Assembly (NCBI GenBank): GCA_030637025.1
Contig: DAOVVV010000005.1
Span: 1-64,000, forward strand
Length of the DNA stretch: 64,000 nt
DNA from: Clostridia bacterium
GTDB lineage: Bacteria; CBDUZB01; JAGLHV01
Direction of reading: 5' to 3'
A model generated the notes under the pieces. It worked only from the letters and a program-made list of their open reading frames with translations, was not told the DNA's origin and did not search any database. This document shows, in pieces, positions 49,217 to 58,375 of the stretch (the stretch's first letter is position 1; every line of letters begins with the position of its first letter). The translations under genes were made by a program, and so were the position numbers.

Positions 49217-51379
49217 GTGTTGGGAGAAAAACAAAAACTAACAGGGAAAATTTTTATTTTAATATTTTTTAAGGTGATAATAATAATAAACCTGACTATT
49301 ATTTTCCTTAATTTACGGGCCTATGCCGGTTTTGCCGTTAATGAAATTATTAAATTGGAAAAGGAAAATCAAAGATTAAATGAAGAAATCGCAGATAGAT
49401 TGAACTTTAAATTCAGGAAACAAAAAAAATTTGAATTCTACGGGGAAAATTATAAATATTTATTTAATGAGAAAAAGACAGATGACCTGTGGCTGTTTAA
49501 AATATATGAATCTTCATTCCCGGTAAATGCTACGGTTGTAACCTATCGGTTAGCACAATTATTAGGAATAGATATGCCGGAAATTACCGGAACTACTCTA
49601 CTTATTAATGAGCGGGAAAAATATGGTTCAATCCAAAAGATGTTTCCGGATGTGAAAAACATTGATGAGGTTCGTTTTAGTAGTTTGTCGGTCAAACAGA
49701 TAGAATCTATAATGAAAAATCAGGTATTAGATTGGATTGTATCTAATGTTGACATAGACGAAAGCGAATTTCTTATAGGGAAATACGGCAGGATTATTGC
49801 CATAGATAAAGATGAAACTTTTTCTGACGAAGGGAAAGCAATCTCATTAGCGGATAATGTGGGAGGAGATTCTTATTATTATCAATTCTGGAAAGCATTT
49901 CTTGAGGGCAAAGTGGAGACCGGTAAGGTTGATTTTAAAAAAGTATTCGAAGTAATAGATTATTTTCAAAAAATCAATGATGAATATATCATAAATATAT
50001 TTAATGATCTATTAAAAAAAGTAACGGCTCCTTCCGAATTTAATTCTATAGTAAAAAATGCAATTTTAAAAAAGCATAATTTGCGAAAGGATTTTGAAGA
50101 TTTCTATAAAGATTTAGCAAAAAATAAAATTTTTTCTTTTCGTACGCCGGTTATAGATAAAAATAATACTTATGCCCAATATGTCTTAGACAAACTAAAG
50201 GAAAATATTTATCAGAAAAGATATACACTTTCCCGTTTAAAACCTAAAAAAACAAATAAAAAAGAAAACATTAAAATAATATATTGTTTAGAGTCGCTGT
50301 ATTTAGTGAATGAACTGAATTATGTTTATAAAGAAAATTTTTTTTCCTCATCAAATCGGGTTATTAAAAAACTAAATGACTTAAAGAAAAAAAATCCTCC
50401 TATTTATGAACAATTTGCTATAGATTTATATATTGAACAGGTTAAGAATCTCCAGAATAGAAAAAATATAGAAAACTTTATGTTACAAGGAATAAAAGAA
50501 ATTATTTTGTGTTCCGAAGAAATGACAGACAGTGAAATATTAAAGATGGAATATAATTTAAGAGTTATTTATGGTAAAGAGCAGAAAGAATTTGGATACT
50601 ATAGAAAAGAGATTGAGAGAAAACCGCGGGATATTTTAGCACATCTGGATTATATTAAATACCCCGTAAAAGGGGATTTAAATAGGGAGGAGAAGTTGAT
50701 TTTAAAAGAATATAAAGAGTGGTTAAATAAATATCCGGTAGACTTTACATATCAGGTCCTTTATGGCATAGTATCAAATGATGAAGAATATCTGAAAAGG
50801 ATAGAAGATGATTTTGCCTGGAAGCATTTGGGATTGGCATTAATTTATAGTTTTGATAAGGAGGGGGAGAAAGCAATAAAAGAATGTAATAAAGCTTTAC
50901 TTTGTAAAAAGGAAAGGGGAAGTAGTTTTTGTTCCTATATGTTGTTGGGGGTTCTTCATGAATATAATAGTAAGTGGGAAAGGTTTGGAGAGGGGTTTGA
51001 TATGGAAAAATCTATAAGGGCTTATAAAAAAGCCCTTAAAATTAATCCGGAATCAGTGAAAGCTCACTTGAATATGGGTGTTCTTTATTTAATCTCGGAA
51101 AAGCCGGATAAAGCTTTGGAAGAATTTGAAGAAGTAACTAGATTAGATTTTCAATACGGAAAAAAACATTTTTATCCGGATAAAATAAATAAAAAGAGTT
51201 CGTATAAAAACAAGAAAGAATATTTAGAAGCAATAAGGATGAATACTCTTTCCGGAAGGCATCATTATATCTTGGGTTTAGCATATTCGATAAAAGAGGA
51301 TAGAGATATGGCGCAAAGACATTTTAATAAAGCGAAAGAGTTTGGATATAAAGCGAATAATAAAGTTAAAAACAAGTAA
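49217..51379 (+). CDS. Kinase-like + TPR protein, array gene 7
   Basis: GTG 49217 follows AAGGAGG (the ORF-track ATG 49148 is inside the MITE); signal ..RAYA; YGENYKY, WLFK, YGSIQ, DWIVSNVDIDESEFL, AIDKD. Confidence 0.82.
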   Translation: MLGEKQKLTGKIFILIFFKVIIIINLTIIFLNLRAYAGFAVNEIIKLEKENQRLNEEIADRLNFKFRKQKKFEFYGENYKYLFNEKKTDDLWLFKIYESSFPVNATVVTYRLAQLLGIDMPEITGTTLLINEREKYGSIQKMFPDVKNIDEVRFSSLSVKQIESIMKNQVLDWIVSNVDIDESEFLIGKYGRIIAIDKDETFSDEGKAISLADNVGGDSYYYQFWKAFLEGKVETGKVDFKKVFEVIDYFQKINDEYIINIFNDLLKKVTAPSEFNSIVKNAILKKHNLRKDFEDFYKDLAKNKIFSFRTPVIDKNNTYAQYVLDKLKENIYQKRYTLSRLKPKKTNKKENIKIIYCLESLYLVNELNYVYKENFFSSSNRVIKKLNDLKKKNPPIYEQFAIDLYIEQVKNLQNRKNIENFMLQGIKEIILCSEEMTDSEILKMEYNLRVIYGKEQKEFGYYRKEIERKPRDILAHLDYIKYPVKGDLNREEKLILKEYKEWLNKYPVDFTYQVLYGIVSNDEEYLKRIEDDFAWKHLGLALIYSFDKEGEKAIKECNKALLCKKERGSSFCSYMLLGVLHEYNSKWERFGEGFDMEKSIRAYKKALKINPESVKAHLNMGVLYLISEKPDKALEEFEEVTRLDFQYGKKHFYPDKINKKSSYKNKKEYLEAIRMNTLSGRHHYILGLAYSIKEDRDMAQRHFNKAKEFGYKANNKVKNK

Positions 51380-51389
51380 AGGGCATACT

Positions 51390-53540
51390 ATGTTGGTTAA
51401 AAGGCAGGGGTTAACAAGGAAAAATGTTTTTTTTGTAGTGATATTAATATATCTGGCTATTGCTTGCCTTAATTTGGATCTATATGCTTATTCCGCCGTT
51501 AATGAAATTATTAAACTGGAAAAAGAAAAGCAAAAGTTAAATGAAGAAATTATTAATAGCTTGAATCTCAGATTTAGTAAACGAAGAAAGGTTAATTTCT
51601 ATGGAGAAAATTATAAATGTTTTTTAAAGGACAGGGAATCAGATGATTTATGGTTATTTAAAATATATAAATCTTCCTTTCCGGCAAATGCTACAGTGGC
51701 AACTTACCGGTTGGCAGAGTTATTAGGATTGGATGTTCCGGACATTGCCGGGATTACTTTGATTATTAATGAACAGGAAAGATACGGTTCAATTCAAAAA
51801 ATGATACCCGGTGTGAAAAGAATTGATAAGATACCGCTTAGTCAATTATCTTCTAAACAAGTAGAGTCTATAATGAAAAATCATGTACTGGATTGGCTGG
51901 TATTTAATAGTGATATGGACAACGATGAGTTTCTTATAGAGGAAAAAACGGGCAGGGTTATAGCCATTGATAAGGATAAAACCTTTTCTGACGAAGAAAA
52001 AACAGTTTTGTTGGAACAAAAGAGGGGAAAGGATTTTTATTGTCATGATTTTTGGGGTGCTTATTTGAAGGGGGAAATAATTGTTAAAAATGTTAGTTTT
52101 AAGAAAGTGTTCGAATTGATAGATTGTTTTCAAAGAATTGATGATGAGGATATAATAAATATATTAGATGATTTGTTAAGCGAGGTAATGAGTCCCGGCG
52201 AATATAATTCGATACTAAAAGCAATAATTTTAAAAAAGCATAATTTGAGGAGGGATTTTGAAAAGTTTTATAAAAAGTTAACAAAAAATAAAGGTTTTTC
52301 TTTTAGTGCCCCTTCTATAGATAAAGATAATACTTATGCCCAATTTGTCCTGGACAAATTAAAGGAAAATATTTATCAGAAAAAATCTACACTTGCCCGG
52401 CTGAAAATCAGAAAATTAAAGAAACAGGAAAAGATGAAAATAATAGCTTGTTTTGAGGTAATGTCTTTAGTGAATGAACTAAGATTTGTCCGCAAAGAAG
52501 AATTTTTTTCTTTATCAAACCTGATTATTAAAAAAATAGATTGTTTAAAGAAAAAAAAAGGTTCTGTTTATGAGCAATTTGTTATGGATTTATATATCGA
52601 ACAGATTAGAGATTTTCAAAATAGGAGGGGAATGGAAAAAATTATTTCAAGCAGGATAAAACAGATTGTTTTCTGTTTGGAAGAAATGACTAATAACAAA
52701 ATATTAAGGATAGAACATCATTTAAGAGTTATTTATGGCCAACCACAGAAAAAACCCGGATATGATAGAAAAGAAATTGAGAGAAAACCAGGGGATATTT
52801 TAGTACATTTAGACTATATTCAATGCCCTGTAAAAGGGGATTTAAATGCAGAGGAGGAACTGATTTTAAAAAAATATAAAGAGTGGGTAAATAAATATCC
52901 GTCGGATTTAACCTGTCAGGTTCTTTATGGAATAGTATCAAATAATGAAGAGTATCTAAAAGGGATAGAAGATAGTTTTGCCTGGAAACATTTGGGATTG
53001 GCATTAATTTATAGTTTTGGGAAAAAGAGAGGGAAGGCAATAAAAGAATGTAAGAAGGCTTTAATTTGTAAAAATGAAGGGGAAAGTACTTTTTGTGCCT
53101 TTATGCTTTTAGGGTTTCTTTATGAATATAAAAGTAAATGGGAAAGGTTTGAAGAAGGATTGGATATAAAAAAAGCTGTAGAAGTTTATAAAAAAGCTGT
53201 TAAATTTAATCCCGAATCGGTAAAGGCTCACTTGAATCTGGGTGTTCTTTATTTAATGTCGGAAAAGCCGGATAAAGCTTTGGAAGAATTTAAAGAAGTA
53301 AATAGATTAGATTTTCAATACGGAAAAAAACATTTTAATCTGGATAAAATAAATAAAAAGAGTTCGTATCGAAATAAGAAAGAATATTTAGAGGCAATAA
53401 GGATGAATACTCTTTCCGGAAGGCATCATTATATATTGGGTTTAGCATATTTAATAAAAGAGGATAAGAATCTGGCGCAAAGACATTTTAATAAAGCAAA
53501 AGAATTTGGATATAATAGATTAAAAAAGATAGGAAATTAG
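51390..53540 (+). CDS. Kinase-like + TPR protein, array gene 8 (closest to gene 7)
   Basis: YGENYKC, WLFK, YGSIQ, DWLVFNSDMDNDEFL, AIDKD. ATG 51390 preferred over TTG 51342. Confidence 0.82.
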   Translation: MLVKRQGLTRKNVFFVVILIYLAIACLNLDLYAYSAVNEIIKLEKEKQKLNEEIINSLNLRFSKRRKVNFYGENYKCFLKDRESDDLWLFKIYKSSFPANATVATYRLAELLGLDVPDIAGITLIINEQERYGSIQKMIPGVKRIDKIPLSQLSSKQVESIMKNHVLDWLVFNSDMDNDEFLIEEKTGRVIAIDKDKTFSDEEKTVLLEQKRGKDFYCHDFWGAYLKGEIIVKNVSFKKVFELIDCFQRIDDEDIINILDDLLSEVMSPGEYNSILKAIILKKHNLRRDFEKFYKKLTKNKGFSFSAPSIDKDNTYAQFVLDKLKENIYQKKSTLARLKIRKLKKQEKMKIIACFEVMSLVNELRFVRKEEFFSLSNLIIKKIDCLKKKKGSVYEQFVMDLYIEQIRDFQNRRGMEKIISSRIKQIVFCLEEMTNNKILRIEHHLRVIYGQPQKKPGYDRKEIERKPGDILVHLDYIQCPVKGDLNAEEELILKKYKEWVNKYPSDLTCQVLYGIVSNNEEYLKGIEDSFAWKHLGLALIYSFGKKRGKAIKECKKALICKNEGESTFCAFMLLGFLYEYKSKWERFEEGLDIKKAVEVYKKAVKFNPESVKAHLNLGVLYLMSEKPDKALEEFKEVNRLDFQYGKKHFNLDKINKKSSYRNKKEYLEAIRMNTLSGRHHYILGLAYLIKEDKNLAQRHFNKAKEFGYNRLKKIGN

Positions 53541-53545
53541 GAAAA

Positions 53546-53894
53546 ATGGGTTTTAATATAAATAATAAATCCGGATTTAGCAGAGTTACATCTCAATCTT
53601 GTTAATCTTTATTTAATCAAAAATTCACCTAAAAAGGAGTTAAAAGAGTTTAGGAATGCAGAAAGATTAAATTTTCGATGTGCGAAAGAACAGTTTTATC
53701 TGTATAAAATAAAGAAGAAGAGTTTATATAGAAATAAAAAGGAATATCCGGAGGCTATAAGAATGAATACCCTTTTCGGAAAAGATTATTATATCATGGT
53801 TATGGCTTGCATGGTAAAAGGAGATAAAGTTTCCGCAGAAAAGCATTTTGATAAATTTCTCTAGTTTGGGTATAAAAATGGAGGTTTAAAATGA
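53546..53894 (+). pseudogene. Decayed 3' remnant of a kinase-TPR paralog (TPR tail only)
   Basis: Hand translation: GFNI, then a frame change to IINPDLAELHLNLVNLYLIK..EAIRMNTLFGKDYY..AEKHFDKFL*FGYKNGGLK*; internal TAG at 53862-53864. Confidence 0.85.
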
Positions 53895-56059
53895 AAGACA
53901 TTGAATTTAAAAGTACGCTTATTAAAAAGCAATCGTTGAAAAACAAGAAATATTCAACTTTGTTTTTTTTAATGGTGATATGTTTTATCGGAAATTGTTT
54001 TGTTGTAGAATCAAGTGCAATTTCCGTTATAAAAAAAATTATTAAATTAGAAAAAGAAAACCAGGCGTTGAACGAAAAAATTATTACTAAATTAAGGTTT
54101 GAATTATATAAAGATAAGACATTGGGAGGAGAGACTTGTAAATATTTGCTTAGAAATAAAGAATCCGGTGAATTATGGTTATTTAAAAAATATGAATCGC
54201 TTGGTCCGGTGAATAGTACAATAGTGACATATCGGTTAGCTCAGTTATTAGGAGTAGACATATCGGAGATTATCAGGACTGTTTTACCCATTAATGAAAG
54301 AATGCAATATGGTTCAATTCAGAAAATAATACCCGGAGTTAAAAAAATTAACTCTATTCCTTTTAGCCGGTTATCTTCCGAACAAATAACCTCTATAATG
54401 AAAAATCGGGTATTAGACTGGCTCGTTTTTAATAGTGATACGGATAAGGATGAATTTCTTGTGGAAATAGAGACAGGGAAGATTATAGCCATTGATAAAG
54501 ATGAAACCTTTTATGATGAAAAATCAAGCATGTTAACAGATAATACGGAAGGAGATTCTTATTACTATGAATTCTGGGAAGCTTATTCAAAAGGGGAGTT
54601 TATCATTAGCGAAGTTAATTTAAAAGAAATATTTAAGTTGATAGATTATATTCAATGTATTAAGGACAAAGATATAACATATATAATAAACGATTTATTG
54701 AAAAATGTAAAAGATTCTTCTGAGTTAGAGTTCATAATAAAAAGAGTCCTTTCAAGAAAAAATAGTTTAAGAGTAAATTTTAAAAACTTCTATAAAAATT
54801 TATTAGAAAAACAGAATTGTTTTTTTCAAATACCTCTTGTTGATAAGGATAATACTTATGCCCGAACGGTGCTGAAAAGACTGGAAGAAAGTGTTTTTCA
54901 AAAAAAAACAAAACTTGCTCAATTAACATTGATGGAACGTGGAAAACAGGAGACTATCAAAAGAATATCTTGTTCGGATGCCTGGTATTTAATCGAGAGG
55001 TTAAATTATGTCTCCAGAGAAAAATTTTTTTCTTTAGCCGAAGATATTTTTAACAAACTGAATTATTTAAGGAAAAGAGTTCCTTCTGTTTTTGAGAAAT
55101 TTATTATAAACTTGTATCTCGAAAAACTTATAAATATCCAAAATAAAAGAGGAATGGAAAATTTTATCCAAAGAGAAATAAAAGAAATTGTTTTATATCC
55201 TGATCAAATAACAAACAGTAAAATATTAAATATAGAATACAATTTAAAAGCGATTTATGGGGATTCACGGGGAGAATTTAATAAGTATAAAGAAGCTGTT
55301 GTGAATAACCCCCGGAATATTTTATTTCATCTGGATTGTTTTCTCTATCCTATAAAAGATGAAGATTACGGTGAAAGGGATTTAATTGTAAAAGAATATA
55401 AGAAAAGGTTAGAAACAAATCCCGATGATTTAATAGATAAGCTCTTGTATGGCATAGCATTAAGAAATGATCAATATGTTAGGGCAATAGATGGTGATTT
55501 TGCCTGGAAGTATTTAGGATTGTCCTTGATTTATAGTTCTAAAGAAAGAAGAAGAAAAGCAATTGAAGAGTGTAAAAAAACATTACATTTTAAAAAGTCA
55601 AAAAAAATTGCGTATGAGACATATATGTTTTTAGGATTACTTTATGAGCATAATGATAGATGGGAACGGTTTGGAGAATGGTGTGAAGTGGAAAAGGCTT
55701 GTAATGCCTATAAAAAAGCAATTGCAATTAATCCGGAAAATGTTAAAGCTCATTTAAATCTGGGTATTCTTTATTTGATGATGGACCAACCCAACAAAGC
55801 TTTAAAAGAATTTAAAAAGGTAAATAAATTAGATTCACAATATGGAAAAAAACATTTTCATCTGGATAAAATAAATAAAAAAAGTTCGTATAAAAATAAG
55901 AAGGAATATTTAAACGCGGTAAGAATGAATACTCTTTCCGGAAGGAATCATTATATATTGGGTTTAGCATATTTAATAAAAGAGGATAAGAATCTGGCAC
56001 AAAGACATTTTAACAAGGCAAAAGAATTTGGATATATAGAAAAGATTGATCCTGAGTAG
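53891..56059 (+). CDS. Kinase-like + TPR protein, array gene 9
   Basis: RBS GGAGG; LGGETCKYL, WLFK, YGSIQ, DWLVFNSDTDKDEFL, AIDKD. Confidence 0.82.
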   Translation: MKDIEFKSTLIKKQSLKNKKYSTLFFLMVICFIGNCFVVESSAISVIKKIIKLEKENQALNEKIITKLRFELYKDKTLGGETCKYLLRNKESGELWLFKKYESLGPVNSTIVTYRLAQLLGVDISEIIRTVLPINERMQYGSIQKIIPGVKKINSIPFSRLSSEQITSIMKNRVLDWLVFNSDTDKDEFLVEIETGKIIAIDKDETFYDEKSSMLTDNTEGDSYYYEFWEAYSKGEFIISEVNLKEIFKLIDYIQCIKDKDITYIINDLLKNVKDSSELEFIIKRVLSRKNSLRVNFKNFYKNLLEKQNCFFQIPLVDKDNTYARTVLKRLEESVFQKKTKLAQLTLMERGKQETIKRISCSDAWYLIERLNYVSREKFFSLAEDIFNKLNYLRKRVPSVFEKFIINLYLEKLINIQNKRGMENFIQREIKEIVLYPDQITNSKILNIEYNLKAIYGDSRGEFNKYKEAVVNNPRNILFHLDCFLYPIKDEDYGERDLIVKEYKKRLETNPDDLIDKLLYGIALRNDQYVRAIDGDFAWKYLGLSLIYSSKERRRKAIEECKKTLHFKKSKKIAYETYMFLGLLYEHNDRWERFGEWCEVEKACNAYKKAIAINPENVKAHLNLGILYLMMDQPNKALKEFKKVNKLDSQYGKKHFHLDKINKKSSYKNKKEYLNAVRMNTLSGRNHYILGLAYLIKEDKNLAQRHFNKAKEFGYIEKIDPE

Positions 56060-56110
56060 ACCGTAGGGAGTCGAAGGGTCTTGGGGCTCTTGCTGCGCGG
56101 TAGTTGATTT
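56045..56110. repeat. Palindromic repeat, family B (right part)
   Basis: ATTGATCCTGAG..TAGGGAGTCGAAGGG..CTTGCTG..GGTAGTTGATTT matches 58259-58338. Confidence 0.65.
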
Positions 56111-56143
56111 ATTATTAAATAATATAAAGAGGGGATAGAGGGG

Positions 56144-58219
56144 ATGAAAATGTTTTATAAAGGGGTTTTTATTAAAAAGATGCAGTTTTTGATTATAATT
56201 ACTTGTTTAGTTTCTCAAGTATCTGCAAATTCTATTAGAAAGGATATTGTTAAATTGTTTCGGGAAGACCAATATTTAGACAGGGGGGTTATTAAAAATT
56301 TAGTTTTTGAATTAGCAGAAGGACAAGATGAGTATATAGGGGAATCTACAGAAAAATATCTTTTAAAAGATAATGAAGAAAATTTATGGCTGTTTAAAAC
56401 CTATGCTGACCCCATTCATGTAAAAAATGATATAGTTGTATACCGGTTAGCTCAATTGTTCGGGCTTAAGTTACCGGCTATATGTGAAATTGAACTGCCT
56501 ATTAACGGAGAAATAATGTATGGGTCAATTCAAAAAATAATACTTGATATTGTCCCTCTGAATAATGACTTATTGCCCGGTCAGATCGAAGATATACAAA
56601 GACACCATATTTTAGATTGGCTCGTTTCTAATTATGATGCGGGAAAGGATGAGTTTTTTATACAAAAAAAAACAGGGAAGATCATAGCTATAGATAAAGA
56701 TGATGCCTTTTCCAAAGAGAAGTGCTTTTCTCCGGGTGAAGACCCATGGGGAGATTTATATTATAAGAAATTCTGGGAAAACTATACCCGAGGGAAGATA
56801 AGGGTCGATTTTACAAGAAGTTTTGAATTGATAAATCATATTCAAAATATTGATAATAATTTACTGGAAGATATATTGAAAAATTCATTCGGTGAAATAC
56901 TATTACCCTATTGGGTAAACAGGAGAATAGATTCAATAATTTCAAAAAAAGAAAATCTTAAAGTTGATTTTGAAAAATTTTATCGGAAACTAGCAAAGAA
57001 AAAAGGAGAAAAATTTTATAATTCATTTAAAAGAAAAACAGACAATTATTCAGATGTGGTTTTAAAAAACTTAAGAAAAACAGTTTCCCAAAAAAGACTT
57101 CATTTTAAACAATTAAGGGACAAAAATCGTCCTAAACAGAAAAACATTGAAGTGATTTCTTCAATGAAAGCGTGGTATATGGTAGACGAATTGGGATATC
57201 CCCGCTTTGGTCAATTTCTTTTACTATCCGATAAAATACTGCAGGATCTCAGAAATTTGAGAGAGAATGTCTTAACGGTTAATGAAAAATTAGCTATAAG
57301 TTTTTATATTGTACAAATTAATCAGATGCGAAAAGAAAAAAATTGGCAAGCAGTGGGTAAAGAATTTCCAAAAAGAATAACTATTAATTCCAGGCGTATG
57401 GAGATATCACAGGTAGAATGTAGTTTAAGAGTTTATTCCGGCTCGGACAGAAAACCGGTTAGCGAATATAAGGATAAAGCAGAAAAACATCCACATAATC
57501 TTTTAGCCCATTTAAATTATATTCAGGTTCCTATGGATGATCCGGATAAAAAAAAGCTCCTGGAAGTGTATAAACGAAAATTAAAGCAGGAACCCGGTAA
57601 TTTGATATACCAGCTTGTTTATGCTATTCTGGCTGACGATACTAAGTACCTTAAAAAAATGGATAATAAATTTGCCTGGAAATATCTCGTATTGGGTTGT
57701 TTAAGAGACGATGAAGAAGAATATAAAAAAGTTTTTGCATTAAAGGGTAATGATAAAGTAGCTGTTTATTGGGCACATATACTACTCGGGGGATTTTTCC
57801 AGCATAATAGTAAAAAAATAAGATTTGGTAAGGGATTTAATATAGAAAAAGTAATTACAAGTTATAACAAAGCACTTGAAATTGTTCCTGATTCTCCGGA
57901 GGCACATTTGCATCTTGGGTCCCTTTATTTAATTAAAAAGCTTCCTGAAAAGGCATTGAAAGAATTTAAAAAAATAGAGAAATTACTGCCTCAATATGCA
58001 AAGCAACATTTTCATTTGGATAAAATAAAAGAAAAGGACTTATACGGAAGTAAGAAAGAGTATTTGGAAGCAATAAGAATGAATACTTTAAGCGGGGAAC
58101 ATCATTATGTATTAGGTTTAGCCTATGCGGTAAAGGGACAAAATGGATTAGCGAAAAAACATTTCAATCAAGCAATAAAATTCGGATATAAAGTCGATAT
58201 TAATTTCAATGAGACTTAG
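56144..58219 (+). CDS. Kinase-like + TPR protein, array gene 10
   Basis: Signal ..SQVSA; IGESTEKYL, WLFK, YGSIQ, DWLVSNYDAGKDEFF, AIDKD, MNTLSGEHHY. Confidence 0.82.
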   Translation: MKMFYKGVFIKKMQFLIIITCLVSQVSANSIRKDIVKLFREDQYLDRGVIKNLVFELAEGQDEYIGESTEKYLLKDNEENLWLFKTYADPIHVKNDIVVYRLAQLFGLKLPAICEIELPINGEIMYGSIQKIILDIVPLNNDLLPGQIEDIQRHHILDWLVSNYDAGKDEFFIQKKTGKIIAIDKDDAFSKEKCFSPGEDPWGDLYYKKFWENYTRGKIRVDFTRSFELINHIQNIDNNLLEDILKNSFGEILLPYWVNRRIDSIISKKENLKVDFEKFYRKLAKKKGEKFYNSFKRKTDNYSDVVLKNLRKTVSQKRLHFKQLRDKNRPKQKNIEVISSMKAWYMVDELGYPRFGQFLLLSDKILQDLRNLRENVLTVNEKLAISFYIVQINQMRKEKNWQAVGKEFPKRITINSRRMEISQVECSLRVYSGSDRKPVSEYKDKAEKHPHNLLAHLNYIQVPMDDPDKKKLLEVYKRKLKQEPGNLIYQLVYAILADDTKYLKKMDNKFAWKYLVLGCLRDDEEEYKKVFALKGNDKVAVYWAHILLGGFFQHNSKKIRFGKGFNIEKVITSYNKALEIVPDSPEAHLHLGSLYLIKKLPEKALKEFKKIEKLLPQYAKQHFHLDKIKEKDLYGSKKEYLEAIRMNTLSGEHHYVLGLAYAVKGQNGLAKKHFNQAIKFGYKVDINFNET

Positions 58220-58338
58220 AGTTTTTGTCAGCATAGCTGACAAAAACTCTGTAGTCGAATTGATCCTGAGGCTCCCTTATAGGGAGGCGAAAGGTATAGT
58301 GTTTAAGTCCCTGCAGCTTGCTGAGGGGTAGTTGATTT
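58205..58338. repeat. Palindromic repeat, family B (most complete copy), three hairpins
   Basis: Perfect 15-bp stem AGAGTTTTTGTCAGC-ATA-GCTGACAAAAACTCT (58218-58250), CTCCCT-TAT-AGGGAG, CCCTGCAGCTTGCTGAGGG, ending TAGTTGATTT. Confidence 0.75.
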
Positions 58339-58375
58339 GGTCAATAGTTAAAAAAGATGTTTACGGAGATTTACT

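Noticed and set aside
48880-56040. Diversity-generating retroelement (near-identical 3' repeats; remnant as template)
   Set aside because: No reverse transcriptase in the window; the differences are not adenine-specific and the repeats are conserved rather than hypervariable.
27270-58338. CRISPR array or tRNA interpretation of the GC-rich palindromes
   Set aside because: Copies are isolated, with no regular repeat-spacer period, no cas genes and no cloverleaf or T-loop consensus.
58290-58338. IscB omega-RNA/HEARO start on the minus strand
   Set aside because: Only a short end-like resemblance; no iscB/tnpB ORF is adjacent and the element is too short.
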